Assembly (NCBI GenBank): GCA_038064875.1
Contig: JBBTSC010000001.1
Coordinates: forward strand, 55,369 to 119,368
Direction: 5' to 3'
DNA from: Patescibacteria group bacterium
Lineage (GTDB): Bacteria; Patescibacteriota; Saccharimonadia; Saccharimonadales; 2-12-FULL-41-12
Length of the DNA: 64,000 nt
Under the pieces are notes generated by a model, which saw only the letters and a program-made list of their open reading frames with translations, was not told the origin of the DNA and did no database searches. The position numbers and the translations under genes were made by a program. Shown here piece by piece: positions 19,483 through 29,875 of the stretch. Every line of letters starts with the position of its first letter. Within the stretch, counting starts at the first letter, position 1.

Positions 19483-20043
19483 GTGATAAAATACAATATT
19501 ATGAGCAAAATTATTGCAATTGTAGGCGGTCCAGGCACAGGCAAAACAGCACTCGTTCGCGAACTAGCTCGTCGTGGCTATCATGTGATCGAAGAGGCAG
19601 CGCGTCAGGTTATTGACGAAGGTTTGGCAAACGGGGAAACAATAGAAAAGATAAGAGCTAATAACGAAAGATTCCAACGGGCGGTACTTGAAAGAAAAAT
19701 AAAAAACGAAAATATATCTTCAAATCAGGCTAACGACGATGAATTTATCTTTTCAGACAGGGGAATGCATGAGACTTGGGCTTACTTCCAGACATATGGA
19801 ATGAATATGGACAGCGATCTCGACAATATGCTGAGAACACATACATACTACAGGGTGTTTCTTTTAGATATGTTAGATAATTATGATAGGGAAGATTACG
19901 CACGTACTGAGTCAAGAAAAGAAGCGGAAGAGCTACATAGACTCACAGAATTAGCTTATAGAAGGTATGGGGTAAAGGTTGATAATCTCCCGGCAATGAG
20001 CGTAGAAAAACGTGCCGACTATGTCTTGGATATCATATTTTGA
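19483..20043 (+). CDS. AAA_28 P-loop ATPase (NadR C-terminal/nucleoside kinase-like)
   Basis: IAIVGGPGTGKTALVRELARRGYHVIEEAAR Walker A context. Confidence 0.6.
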   Translation: MIKYNIMSKIIAIVGGPGTGKTALVRELARRGYHVIEEAARQVIDEGLANGETIEKIRANNERFQRAVLERKIKNENISSNQANDDEFIFSDRGMHETWAYFQTYGMNMDSDLDNMLRTHTYYRVFLLDMLDNYDREDYARTESRKEAEELHRLTELAYRRYGVKVDNLPAMSVEKRADYVLDIIF

Positions 20044-20098
20044 TTGCTTATAGTTGCGGGGGATAGTAGAATATTACTTGAAATAATAAGAGGTAACT

Positions 20099-20731
20099 AT
20101 GAATTTTGATATTATCAAGGTGCTTGAATCAGTCGGCGGGGTGATTGTAGATGATCATTTCGTACTAAAGTCAGGAAAGCATGCAAGTAAATATCTCAAT
20201 AAGGATGCACTCTATCCTCACACAGATCTAACATCTCAGGCTTGTCAGGCGTTTGCTGATAAAACAAAAGATTTGTCATATGATGTTGTGGTTGGTCCGG
20301 CCCTTGGCGGAATCATCTTGTCACAGTGGACAGCTTGGCATGCATCAAAGCAGTTTGGAAGCGAAATATACGGAGTTTATACAGAAAAAGACAGCAGTGA
20401 AAACCAAGTCTTTACCAGAGGATATGATGCGCTTATAAAAGACAAGAAAGTCTTAATCACCGAAGATATTACTTCAACAGGTGGCAGTGTCAAAAGCGTT
20501 ATGGATGCTGTTGCTCGTGCTGGCGGAGAAGTAGTTGGTGTTACAGTATTGGTAAATCGCAACCCGTCTGAAGTAACTTCTGAATATTTTGGGGTGCCAT
20601 TTTTCCCGCTCGGAGAATTAGTCGTCGAGGTATACAACGAGGCTGATTGTCCTATGTGCGCGGAAGGCAAGCAAGTCAATCTAAACGTTGGTCACGGGCG
20701 TAAGTATATGGAAGCTAAAAATGCCAATTGA
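20099..20731 (+). CDS. pyrE: Orotate phosphoribosyltransferase
   Basis: VLKSGKHASKYLN and PRPP loop ITEDITSTGGSV. Confidence 0.8.
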   Translation: MNFDIIKVLESVGGVIVDDHFVLKSGKHASKYLNKDALYPHTDLTSQACQAFADKTKDLSYDVVVGPALGGIILSQWTAWHASKQFGSEIYGVYTEKDSSENQVFTRGYDALIKDKKVLITEDITSTGGSVKSVMDAVARAGGEVVGVTVLVNRNPSEVTSEYFGVPFFPLGELVVEVYNEADCPMCAEGKQVNLNVGHGRKYMEAKNAN

Positions 20732-21515
20732 TAAATATAACAAACGAGTTGACGCAGTCAACTCTCTTTTATGTGTAGGGCTTGATCCTGACTTTGATAA
20801 ATTGCCAGAGCAATTCAGGGAAAAAGAGTTCCCTCAATTTGAATTTAACAAATGGATAATTGAGCAGACTGCAGAATTCACTAGTGCCTACAAGCCGAAT
20901 ATTGCTTTTTATGAAGCTCGAGGCGAAAAGGGAATTGCCGAGCTTAAGATGACGATGGAGCTTTTAATCAACGATTATCCAGATATTTTTACTATTTGTG
21001 ATGCTAAGCGAGCTGATATCGGAAATACCAATAATGGCTATGCCCGGTTCATCTTTGATTATCTAGGATTTGATTCGATAACTTTACACCCATACTTAGG
21101 TAGTGAAGCATTAAAGCCATTTTTGGATAGAAAAGATCGTGGGTCAATCATTCTTTGTAGAACTTCTAATTCTGGGGCAGGAGAGTTCCAAGACCTTGAA
21201 ATAGATGGAAAAACTATCTGGGAGATAGTCGCAGATAAAGTTGCTAATCAGTGGAACGCTAATAATAACTGTATGTTAGTCGTTGGAGCAACATATCCTG
21301 ATGAAATGAAGAGGGTGAGAGCAATTGCCCCAAATATAACCTTGCTAGTCCCAGGCGTTGGCGCACAAGGTGGAGATGTTGGTGATGCGGTAAAATCAGG
21401 GCTGGATAGTTCTGGGCATGGCCTGATGATCAATTCTGCTAGAGGTATTATCTTTTCTGAAAATCCAGCTGAGTCTGCCAAAGCTCTCCGTGATGAAGTA
21501 AATAGCTACAGATAG
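20721..21515 (+). CDS. pyrF: Orotidine-5'-phosphate decarboxylase (type 2, long form)
   Basis: CDAKRADIGNT motif. LLCVGLDPD N-terminus. The ORF track starts at 20688, but the internal Met at 20721 gives the canonical N-terminus. Confidence 0.85.
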   Translation: MPIDKYNKRVDAVNSLLCVGLDPDFDKLPEQFREKEFPQFEFNKWIIEQTAEFTSAYKPNIAFYEARGEKGIAELKMTMELLINDYPDIFTICDAKRADIGNTNNGYARFIFDYLGFDSITLHPYLGSEALKPFLDRKDRGSIILCRTSNSGAGEFQDLEIDGKTIWEIVADKVANQWNANNNCMLVVGATYPDEMKRVRAIAPNITLLVPGVGAQGGDVGDAVKSGLDSSGHGLMINSARGIIFSENPAESAKALRDEVNSYR

Positions 21516-21558
21516 TGTAAGTATTTACAAAACTACTCCTATGTTGTAAAATATTATA

Positions 21559-22200
21559 ATGAATTTCTATACGCCGAGGATGTTTAGTGATTTGCCAGAT
21601 CAGAGAGAGCTCATAGATTGCCAAAGACAACTGATTGTGCCTAATTCGGAAGAAATACTTGGTGGCGTATTTTCGAGTCGAGTAGGGGTCGTGGTAGATA
21701 ATGAAGAGAACCCTGGGCCATATGATGCTGTAGTTGAGGCTGTAACGAGGAAATCAGAACGTCAATCAAAATATTATCTAGAAGAGTTAACGCTTATAGA
21801 TATCTTGGAGTATGTAAAAAGTGTGGTCAAGAAGGCAACGCCATATAGCCCAAGTCGATATAACTCGTTAGTCGAAAAAAGGTGGGGCCTAAAAGGAAGA
21901 GCCTCAGCCCCAGACGAGCCAGAATTTATGGTTGGGCTATCAGATCTATTAATCCAAGGAGCTAACACTTGCCAGAACTATGCTCTATTGGCTGGCGCTA
22001 CAATAAGACTTTTACAGCGACAAGAGGAACGATGTGGGGGCATTAACCCTGATTTTGCTGTTAGTATCGAGAATGGTAGGCCTTGGACTAATCATACAGA
22101 TAGACACGTTTATACAACTTTGAATACGGGTGAACTAACGTATACCATTGACCCTACTCATCCTTTCGTTACACAAGACTCCGCAAAGGTTCGTGCATAG
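21559..22200 (+). CDS. Hypothetical protein, possible transglutaminase-like cysteine peptidase fold
   Basis: G-x-C-x-x-[FY]-A-like NTCQNYALL with downstream His and Asp (HVYTTLNTGELTYTIDPT). Weak. Confidence 0.35.
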   Translation: MNFYTPRMFSDLPDQRELIDCQRQLIVPNSEEILGGVFSSRVGVVVDNEENPGPYDAVVEAVTRKSERQSKYYLEELTLIDILEYVKSVVKKATPYSPSRYNSLVEKRWGLKGRASAPDEPEFMVGLSDLLIQGANTCQNYALLAGATIRLLQRQEERCGGINPDFAVSIENGRPWTNHTDRHVYTTLNTGELTYTIDPTHPFVTQDSAKVRA

Positions 22201-22366
22201 TACTTGCTAGATAAAGTGGTCATAATTAATTCTGAGGGTTTGGCAAATCATGCATTTTGTGTCTAAAAATACCTGTAAACACCATATATAGCGTTAGCTG
22301 GAAAACTGTGGATAACTAACGTCTTTCTGATGAAAAACAGTAATAAAATGCTTGCATATGGGTATC

Positions 22367-22409
22367 AGTGGGTAGTAAACTCTATTTAGTGGGTAGCGGT
22401 AGGTAAGGG
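22367..22409 (+). promoter_or_regulatory. Putative MraZ operator: tandem AGTGGGTAG boxes 21 bp apart, plus a third degenerate GGTAGGTAAGGG
   Basis: Direct repeats seen about 60-100 bp upstream of mraZ. MraZ is known to bind GTGGG-type direct repeats. Confidence 0.4.
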
Positions 22410-22470
22410 CAAAAGAGTCTTACCTATACAAAAAAACAAAAACCACTAACAAAAAAAATGAGAGGTCCAG

Positions 22471-22845
22471 ATGTCAACATTAGACTATTTTGAGCGCAAA
22501 CTCGATGACAAGCGGAGGCTGACAATACCAGCCGAGATTCGAGACGTGTTCAAGAATGGTGTAGTAGTGACGAGGGGCTTCGGAACGTACCTCCACCTGT
22601 ATCCCAAAGAGGTTTGGGACCAGATGGTAGAGCCAAAACTAGATGGCGACATCTTAGATGAGCGTATCGCTGATCTCAACGTACAGTTTCGCACCGGTAA
22701 AGTGCAGACTGTAATTGATGAGAAACAGGGTAGGATCACGCTTGAACAGCATCAGCTTGACTATGCTGGGATAGATAAGGATGTGGTTGCTGTCGGAGTT
22801 GGCCGATACTGGAGGTTGATTGCTGCGGAGAATGCGAAAGCTTGA
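22471..22845 (+). CDS. mraZ: Transcriptional regulator MraZ
   Basis: Two DxxxR-type repeats (LDDKRRLTIPAEIRD and IDEKQGRITLEQ). Confidence 0.8.
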   Translation: MSTLDYFERKLDDKRRLTIPAEIRDVFKNGVVVTRGFGTYLHLYPKEVWDQMVEPKLDGDILDERIADLNVQFRTGKVQTVIDEKQGRITLEQHQLDYAGIDKDVVAVGVGRYWRLIAAENAKA

Positions 22846-23145
22846 GACTATTAAGTCTCTGAGAGTTCTCATCCGGCCCAGGCAAGTTCTTTAACAAATA
22901 ATAGCGAAATTACTCCCGTGCGAAGAAGTGGGGGTACTAGAAGGTTAGCTATTTGGCAGTCAGTAAGTGGAAGACCTAGTCTTTCGAGGGATAACCACTA
23001 TAAAACCCTAGTTCTTTATATATAAACACCTCCCAAAACTCCACCTCACATAAGTCTCTTATTTGCTCAATTGACTTCGATGATTAGCTTTGAATAGCGT
23101 CAATTTATTGACACTATCTATTCAACATTCGAAGTCGCTAAAATT

Positions 23146-23250
23146 GCAAATAAAACAAACAAAAACAAAAACATTACAAAAACAAAAAACTGACTGCTAA
23201 TTAGGTGACCTTGTAATCAAGGAAACAAAAACAAAAACAAAAAACAAAAG
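23146..23250 (+). repeat. CA/A-rich simple repeats ((A)nC units, e.g. AAACAAAAACAAAAAC) in the mraZ-rsmH spacer
   Basis: Direct low-complexity repeats seen in sequence. Similar A/CA-rich leaders precede mraZ and ftsL. Confidence 0.6.
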
Positions 23251-23258
23251 CGAGAACA

Positions 23259-24176
23259 ATGGATCACCACAAACCAGTCTTACTGCGAGAAGTGTTGGAC
23301 TATCTTAATCCAAAAGATGGTCAGAGCTATCTTGATCTAACTGCCGGGTACGGCGGTCACAGTAGTGCTGTGCTTACCAGGGTGGGCAAGCAAGCACATG
23401 TTGTTTTGGTCGACCGAGACCAAGACGCGATCAACGAGCTAAAACAACTCTTCGATGTTCACAGCAATGTGACAATAATGCAAACGGACTTCAACCGGGC
23501 GAGCAAAATACTACTAGAGAAATCAGAGAGATTTGATTTGATCTTGGCAGATATTGGGGTATCGTCGTTGCACCTTGACAAGAAAGAGCGTGGTTTTTCA
23601 CTCAAAAGTGATGGCCCACTAGATATGCGAATGGACCAAAGGTCTGAACTAAACGCATACAAAGTTGTGAATGAGTACAATGAAGATGATCTTGCTAGAG
23701 TCCTGAGTGACTACGGCGAAATCAAAAATGCGAGGTATTTGGCACGGCAGATAGTGGACAACCGTCCTTTTAATAGCACGCTTGAGTTAGCTGATTTTGT
23801 GGCAAGCAAAAATCGAACAAAAAAATGGCACAAGGTTCATCCAGCTACGACTGTCTTCCAAGCAATTAGGATAGAAGTCAATGATGAACTGGGGCTTTTG
23901 GAAGCAAGTCTTCCTCTGTGGTTCGAACTTTTGAAGCCTGGTGGCAAGCTGGCAGTCATATCGTTCCAAAGCCTGGAAGATAGGATTGTTAAAAAGTTTG
24001 TTCAAAGTCTGTCAGCTGACAAATACGAAGCTGTGGGTATCAACCTGACCAAGAAAGTGGTCACACCTGCAGATGATGAATTAGTTTATAACCCGCGATC
24101 ACGTAGTGCAAAACTGCGAGTCGTAGCGAAAATAAAAACAAACAAGGAAGGAGATGTAAATGCCGATTCAGGTTAA
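23259..24176 (+). CDS. rsmH: 16S rRNA (cytosine1402-N4)-methyltransferase
   Basis: KPVLLREVLDYL...DLTAGYGGHS SAM-binding pattern. Position in the dcw cluster. Confidence 0.92.
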   Translation: MDHHKPVLLREVLDYLNPKDGQSYLDLTAGYGGHSSAVLTRVGKQAHVVLVDRDQDAINELKQLFDVHSNVTIMQTDFNRASKILLEKSERFDLILADIGVSSLHLDKKERGFSLKSDGPLDMRMDQRSELNAYKVVNEYNEDDLARVLSDYGEIKNARYLARQIVDNRPFNSTLELADFVASKNRTKKWHKVHPATTVFQAIRIEVNDELGLLEASLPLWFELLKPGGKLAVISFQSLEDRIVKKFVQSLSADKYEAVGINLTKKVVTPADDELVYNPRSRSAKLRVVAKIKTNKEGDVNADSG

Positions 24177-24182
24177 AAGCAC

Positions 24183-24268
24183 CTCCCGAGCGTATAAGGT
24201 TCACGTGAGAGTCGTGGCCTAGGGAGATACGCATTGGCTCCTCCACTTGGTACGTCCAAGTAGAGGAG
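24183..24268 (+). promoter_or_regulatory. GC-rich multi-hairpin element in the rsmH-ftsL spacer
   Basis: 13-bp stem CTCCTCCACTTGG/CCAAGTAGAGGAG (one mismatch) with a TACGT loop. Upstream CACG-TGAGAGT-CGTG and CTCCC/GGGAG pairings. No T-run. Confidence 0.4.
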
Positions 24269-24303
24269 CATTCGAGAAAACATAAAAACAAAAAGAAAAA
24301 ATT

Positions 24304-24648
24304 ATGACATATTCAAGTTCTATATCAACAAACAAAAGACGTTTTGAAAGCCGTCACCGTAATGCGGTGAGTTTTCGAGAGCAGGCAAGGGTCTTAGGAC
24401 CGATAACAAACACAGTTTTATTACTCGTGCTTGGTTGTCTACTAGGCCTCTTCTATCTGTCGCAGGTGACAAAAGTTAACGCAAGTGGTTATAAAATAGA
24501 TTCATTGCAAAAAGAATACACAGCATTGCAGAAAGAGCATGACGAACTAGAGCTATCAGCAGCTAAGCTACAGTCACTTGACCGAGTAGCAAGCTCAGAA
24601 GAAGCCCAAAAGCTCGTTGCTGTAACTCCTACAAAGACTATTCGTTAG
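24304..24648 (+). CDS. ftsL: FtsL/FtsB-like cell division protein
   Basis: Short cytoplasmic tail, one TM helix (VLLLVLGCLLGLFYL), a coiled-coil periplasmic region. Position between rsmH and ftsI. Confidence 0.55.
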   Translation: MTYSSSISTNKRRFESRHRNAVSFREQARVLGPITNTVLLLVLGCLLGLFYLSQVTKVNASGYKIDSLQKEYTALQKEHDELELSAAKLQSLDRVASSEEAQKLVAVTPTKTIR

Positions 24649-24660
24649 ACTGAGCATCAG

Positions 24661-26436
24661 ATGAGGTTAAGTACGCGAAGACAACCATTATTAGAAGCAT
24701 CAAACGTTTTCCAAAGAGGACGTTTTGAGATTATGTACTACCTGATTGTCGTCGTATTCTTGATCATTATCGTGCGACTTTTTTATTTGCAAGTAATTAT
24801 GCACAAAGACTATAAAGACAGAGCTTTTTCAGGGCAATATAAAGAACAGCAAATTTTGCCTAGGCGAGGGACTATCGATGCGTTTGACGGCACCACAAGG
24901 GTGCCTTTTGTGCTCAATGAGGATACATATACTCTATTTGTTGATCCGAAATATATCAAAGAAAAAGATCGAACGAGTGAGAAGTTAGCGAAGATACTTG
25001 GTGTTAATTCCAAAGAGATTAAAGAGAAAATTAACAATTCGGAAACACGCTACGTGGTCATTGCTAAAAGGGTAGATCAGAAAAAGAAAGATCAAATAGA
25101 AGATCTGAATTTAGTTGGTGTGGGTCTTAGAACTGTGCCAATGCGCTCATATCCTAATGGTAATCTTGCGTCACAATTACTTGGATATGTCGACCAAGAG
25201 GGCAGTGGAAAATACGGGATAGAGCAATATATGGACGGTGATTTAAAAGGTGAGATTGGTCTGCTCAAAGCAGTTACGGACGCCAAGGGTGTGCCACTCA
25301 TTAATAATAAAGACAATGTTTTGAAAGATGCAAAAGATGGAAAGAAGATTTTGTTAACCATAGACGTTGGTTTGCAGAAAAAAGTTGAAGATACACTTAG
25401 AGACTATTTGCCAACAGTAAATTCTAAATCTGGTAGCGTGCTGGTGATGGATCCAAATACTGGAGCAATTAAAGCTATGGCAAATTTCCCGACATATAAT
25501 CCAGCTGAGTATTTTAAGGTTGAAGATCCCAGGCTATTTCAGAATGCTACAGTAGCAGATCCGTTTGAAGTAGGCTCTATTATGAAGACGCTGACAATGA
25601 GTGCGGGTATAAATGAGGGTGTTGTTAACCTAGGTGGCTCGTATGTCGACCAAGGTGTTATGAAAATAGGCGATCGTGAAGTTAAGAACGTTTCTGGGTT
25701 TCAAAATAGGGCTACAAGGCCAATCACAGATATTATCACACTATCTTTAAATACTGGAGCAGTATATATTTTGCAACAGCTTGGTGGTGGTGAGCTGAAC
25801 GAACAGGGCAGGGTGCGGTGGCATAATTATCTAGTCAATCACTATCGTTTTTCTAAAACTACAGGCGTAGAACAAGGCTATGAAGCTGAGGGATATGTGC
25901 CCGATCCTAAGAATGGCTTTGGGCTTAATATAGACTATGCTAACACGACTTTTGGCCAGGGTATGAATATTACGCAACTGCAGATGACAAGCGCCTTGTC
26001 GGCCGTGATTAACGGTGGGACATACTATCAGCCTCACCTTGTTGCTAGTACAAAAGAAGGCAAGGCAAATGTTGATGATAGAGTTAAAGTTGTAGCCAAA
26101 GACGTAGTAAAGCCAGAGACATCTAGTCAGATAAAAGGTGTCATGGAACTAGCTGTTAACAAAAGCTATACGTTCTTGAAGAGAGACGGATATATAGTTG
26201 GCGGTAAGACTGGTACAGCTCAGATTGCCAAACCTGGTGGTGGGTACTACGACGACAGCAAGATTAACGGAACATTTATTGGATATATTGGTATAACTAA
26301 GCCAGAATACGTGATTATGGTCAGGGTTAATGAACCGGTAGTGCCAGGTTATGCTGGGTCAAAAGCAGCAGCGCCGTTGTTCGGTAGGGTCTCGAATACT
26401 TTGATGGATAACTACTTGCTGTCGAAGACAAACTAA
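24661..26436 (+). CDS. ftsI: Peptidoglycan D,D-transpeptidase (class B PBP, FtsI-like)
   Basis: SxxK (GSIMKT), SxN (SLNTG) and KTG (GKTGTA) motifs. N-terminal TM. Confidence 0.88.
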   Translation: MRLSTRRQPLLEASNVFQRGRFEIMYYLIVVVFLIIIVRLFYLQVIMHKDYKDRAFSGQYKEQQILPRRGTIDAFDGTTRVPFVLNEDTYTLFVDPKYIKEKDRTSEKLAKILGVNSKEIKEKINNSETRYVVIAKRVDQKKKDQIEDLNLVGVGLRTVPMRSYPNGNLASQLLGYVDQEGSGKYGIEQYMDGDLKGEIGLLKAVTDAKGVPLINNKDNVLKDAKDGKKILLTIDVGLQKKVEDTLRDYLPTVNSKSGSVLVMDPNTGAIKAMANFPTYNPAEYFKVEDPRLFQNATVADPFEVGSIMKTLTMSAGINEGVVNLGGSYVDQGVMKIGDREVKNVSGFQNRATRPITDIITLSLNTGAVYILQQLGGGELNEQGRVRWHNYLVNHYRFSKTTGVEQGYEAEGYVPDPKNGFGLNIDYANTTFGQGMNITQLQMTSALSAVINGGTYYQPHLVASTKEGKANVDDRVKVVAKDVVKPETSSQIKGVMELAVNKSYTFLKRDGYIVGGKTGTAQIAKPGGGYYDDSKINGTFIGYIGITKPEYVIMVRVNEPVVPGYAGSKAAAPLFGRVSNTLMDNYLLSKTN

Positions 26437-26461
26437 ATGATATAATGAAAAAGGAAAAAAT

Positions 26462-27508
26462 ATGACACAAACACTTTCAATAGCTTTCGAAACAAGTAAA
26501 TTTGCAGAAATTTTTGCTTTTGCATTTGCTGGATTTGTGATGACAATGATTTTGACGCCAATCTACACAACCTTGGCCTATAGATATGAATGGTGGAAAA
26601 AACCAAGAGAAGACACTGTCACGGGCGAAAAAGCTACGATCTTTAATAAATTACACGCACATAAACACCAACGACACATTCCAACAATGGCCGGAGTTGT
26701 ATTTTTACTAAGTGTAGTTTTGATAACGTTAGCTAGTAATCTCTCTAGAGAACAAACTTGGCTACCTTTGGCTGCTTTTGTGGCAGCAGGTCTAGTAGGG
26801 CTTATCGACGATGTGATTAATCTAAAAGGCAGTGGCAAGGGTGTTGCGGGGCTTCCGAGTAGGGTCAAATTTGCCTTAGTTACGGGTATCGCGATAGCTT
26901 GTAGCCTTTACTTTTTCTCAAAGCTAGACGTTGAGAGCATTAACATACCGTTCTTCGGTGACCTATTCTTGGGCTGGTTAGTGGTACCACTTTTTGCTTT
27001 TGTGATTGTAGCTACTGCCAACGCAGTAAATATAAGTGATGGTCTAGATGGGCTTGCTGGAGGCCTAACCTCTTCGGCTTTTGGCGCATACGCTATAATC
27101 GCGTTCATAGATCAACGATATGGGGTGGCAGCCTTTTGTATGACAATACTGGGGGCTTTGCTCAGCTATACGTGGTTCAATATCTTCCCAGCAAGGTTCT
27201 TTATGGGTGATGTGGGGAGTTTTTCTTTGGGCATGGCTCTCGGCGTTGTGGCGATAATAACCAATACAGTATTCATATTGCCAATTATTGGAATAGTCTT
27301 TGTTGCAGAAGCAGGATCAACAATTATTCAAGTGCTATCTAAGAAGCTACGCGGTGGTAAGAAAATATTTAAGATAGCGCCAATTCATCATCATTTCGAA
27401 GCAATTGGTTGGCCAGAGACAAAAGTCACCATGCGTTTTTGGATCATCGGACAGGTTTCTGGACTTGTTGGACTGATGATTTATGTACTGGGTGTTTACG
27501 GACAGTAA
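26462..27508 (+). CDS. mraY: Phospho-N-acetylmuramoyl-pentapeptide transferase
   Basis: NAVNISDGLDGLAGG and overall MraY topology. Confidence 0.93.
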   Translation: MTQTLSIAFETSKFAEIFAFAFAGFVMTMILTPIYTTLAYRYEWWKKPREDTVTGEKATIFNKLHAHKHQRHIPTMAGVVFLLSVVLITLASNLSREQTWLPLAAFVAAGLVGLIDDVINLKGSGKGVAGLPSRVKFALVTGIAIACSLYFFSKLDVESINIPFFGDLFLGWLVVPLFAFVIVATANAVNISDGLDGLAGGLTSSAFGAYAIIAFIDQRYGVAAFCMTILGALLSYTWFNIFPARFFMGDVGSFSLGMALGVVAIITNTVFILPIIGIVFVAEAGSTIIQVLSKKLRGGKKIFKIAPIHHHFEAIGWPETKVTMRFWIIGQVSGLVGLMIYVLGVYGQ

Positions 27509-27510
27509 AA

Positions 27511-28773
27511 ATGATGCGAATTAGTGGGCGTCGCAAACCGAGTACGCAGAGCTCTACTAGGAGTAGCTTTTCTGGTAATAACAATTTTCCTGGAGAAATA
27601 AGAGGACACCGACCAGACTATATGATCGTCTTTTTATCTATGTTATTGCTGTCCATAGGGTTGATAGTTGTATATTCTATAAGTCCCGGTTTGGCAGCGA
27701 GCGAAGGCGTTTCTACAGAGCATTTTATCAACAAGCAAATTGTCAGTGTTGGCTTAGGCTTGATTGCTTTTACTATCATGAGTATGTTGCCAATAGAGTT
27801 ACTTTTTCGTCTGCGCAAACATTTGGCAGCAGTGGCTCTTTTTGCATCAGTTTTATTGCTATTTGTTGGTGAGAGAATAAATGGTGCTGTTCGGTGGATA
27901 GATCTGCCCGGCGGGATATCTTTCCAGGTAGCGGAACTGATAAAAATCTGTATTATCATCGGTCTGAGCTATGAGCTCTCACGCCGTATGTCAAAGGCAC
28001 AGGTAAATGACTCTAATAGAACCTTAAAACCACTGATAGGCTTGCTACTGCTTGTCGCTATATTTGTGGCATTTCTCCAGAGTGACTTTGGCTCAGCGGC
28101 AGTTATTACTGCTATAATTTTTGCTCAAGCGATCAGTGCGGGATTGCCGTTCAAAAAAATAAGTATGGTTATGGTAGTCGTGCTCATCATTGGGTTGATC
28201 GCTATTATGTCCACCCCGTATCGTAGAGAAAGGGTTAAAACCTTCGTTAACCCTTCAAAAGATTGTTTGACTCAGAATGAAGAATCACTAGGCGCGGGCT
28301 ATCAAACATGTCAGGCACTTATAGCAGTTGGTTCAGGGGGTGTTATTGGCCTTGGTGTTGGTAATAGTGTCCAGGCCTATGGCTACTTGCCTGAAGCAGA
28401 AAATGACTCCATTTTTGCTATTATTGGGGAGAAATTTGGTTTTATTGGTGTGACAATCATCATATTCCTCTATTTATTTTTATTTAGTAGATTTAAGACG
28501 ATAATTGAACGTCTTCAGAAGAATGAATACAAACTGTTTGTGGTAGGTGTTCTGACGTGGCTTGCCACACAAACGATAATCAATATTGGCGCAATGGTCG
28601 GGCTTTTGCCACTAAAGGGGATTACTCTTCCTCTGGTCAGTTATGGAGGGACAAGTCTTCTCTTTATTATGATTGGCCTGGGCATGGTGTTTCGACTGTC
28701 GCGATTCACGACTTTTAGAGATATAATGGTAAGTGATGAAAAAGCAAACAATCTTTCTAGTCGGCGGAGGTAG
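27511..28773 (+). CDS. ftsW: SEDS-family peptidoglycan polymerase FtsW/RodA
   Basis: Ten TM helices with the SEDS pattern. The ORF track starts at 27409 inside mraY. The Met at 27511, directly after the mraY stop, was chosen. Confidence 0.85.
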   Translation: MMRISGRRKPSTQSSTRSSFSGNNNFPGEIRGHRPDYMIVFLSMLLLSIGLIVVYSISPGLAASEGVSTEHFINKQIVSVGLGLIAFTIMSMLPIELLFRLRKHLAAVALFASVLLLFVGERINGAVRWIDLPGGISFQVAELIKICIIIGLSYELSRRMSKAQVNDSNRTLKPLIGLLLLVAIFVAFLQSDFGSAAVITAIIFAQAISAGLPFKKISMVMVVVLIIGLIAIMSTPYRRERVKTFVNPSKDCLTQNEESLGAGYQTCQALIAVGSGGVIGLGVGNSVQAYGYLPEAENDSIFAIIGEKFGFIGVTIIIFLYLFLFSRFKTIIERLQKNEYKLFVVGVLTWLATQTIINIGAMVGLLPLKGITLPLVSYGGTSLLFIMIGLGMVFRLSRFTTFRDIMVSDEKANNLSSRRR

Positions 28774-29875
28774 CGGGGGACACATAACTCCTCTTTTGGC
28801 GATAGGCAAAGAGGTTTCCCAGATATCTCCAGATATTGAGATTATTTTTGTAACTGAGAGGGGCGGAAATTTCGCTAATATCCTGGACACGGAGGCAGTT
28901 CAGTCAAAGAAAATATTTGCGGGCAAACTTCGCAGATACCACGGCGTAAGTTTTTGGCGTCAGCTACTCGACATAAAAACCCATTTCCTAAATATCCGAG
29001 ATGTTTTGTTTCTGATTTTTGGTATAGTTGAGAGTTTTGTCTTGATTATCCGCTACCGTCCGAAAGTCATTTTTTTGAAGGGTGGTTTCGTGTCTTTACC
29101 GGTTGGGATCTGCGCGCGTTTATTGGGAGCAAGCTATGTGACGCATGATTCAGATGCCCGTGCGAGTTTGACTAATAAAGTAGTTGGCAAAAAAGCTATT
29201 TATAACCTAGTATCTTTATCAGAGAAAAGTCCAACTTATGATCCAAAGAAGACTATGCAAGTTGGCGTCCCTATATCTGACGAGTTTGCCCCGGTAGATC
29301 AGAATACAAAGTCGAGCCTTAGGGGTGAATTTGGTATTGATAATGATATGACAGTTATTTTGGTAGTTGGTGGTAGTATCGGTGCTGATAGGCTTAATAA
29401 AGCTGTGGCAGAGATTGCTCCAAAACTGTTGGAAAATAGTAAAAAGTTGATGATTATTCACCAGACTGGCAAAAATCAACAAAATTATTACAAGTCTGCC
29501 CATGATAGGATTAGATTAGTTGAATTTATTGATAATATGAGCCAATATGGAGCTGTTTCTGACGTTATTGTGAGTAGAGCTGGTGCAACAGCTATATCTG
29601 AATTTGCAACTCAGAGAAAAGCTCTTATTCTTGTCCCTAATCCAAACCTAACAGGTGGTCATCAGTTAGAAAACGCTAAATTGTTAGTCGATGCTCGTGC
29701 TTGCTTAGTCGCAGAGGATTCGTCTAATCTTGCAGATAATCTATCGCACGCAGTCGAGAAAGTACTTAGAGATGATAATCTTAAAAAAGAACTTGAGACC
29801 AATATTGCACAATTTGATTCTTCAAGTTCGGCGAAAAAAATTGCTCAAATTTTGGTGGATATAGACAGTGTTTAG
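28733..29875 (+). CDS. murG: Undecaprenyldiphospho-muramoylpentapeptide beta-N-acetylglucosaminyltransferase
   Basis: FLVGGGSGGHITPLLAIG N-terminal G-loop. GT28 C-terminal domain. Confidence 0.9.
   Translation: MMKKQTIFLVGGGSGGHITPLLAIGKEVSQISPDIEIIFVTERGGNFANILDTEAVQSKKIFAGKLRRYHGVSFWRQLLDIKTHFLNIRDVLFLIFGIVESFVLIIRYRPKVIFLKGGFVSLPVGICARLLGASYVTHDSDARASLTNKVVGKKAIYNLVSLSEKSPTYDPKKTMQVGVPISDEFAPVDQNTKSSLRGEFGIDNDMTVILVVGGSIGADRLNKAVAEIAPKLLENSKKLMIIHQTGKNQQNYYKSAHDRIRLVEFIDNMSQYGAVSDVIVSRAGATAISEFATQRKALILVPNPNLTGGHQLENAKLLVDARACLVAEDSSNLADNLSHAVEKVLRDDNLKKELETNIAQFDSSSSAKKIAQILVDIDSV

Noticed and set aside
27409-27510. ftsW ORF extension overlapping the mraY 3' end
   Set aside because: It is out of frame with mraY and provides no conserved sequence. 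The Met at 27511, directly after the mraY stop, was used.
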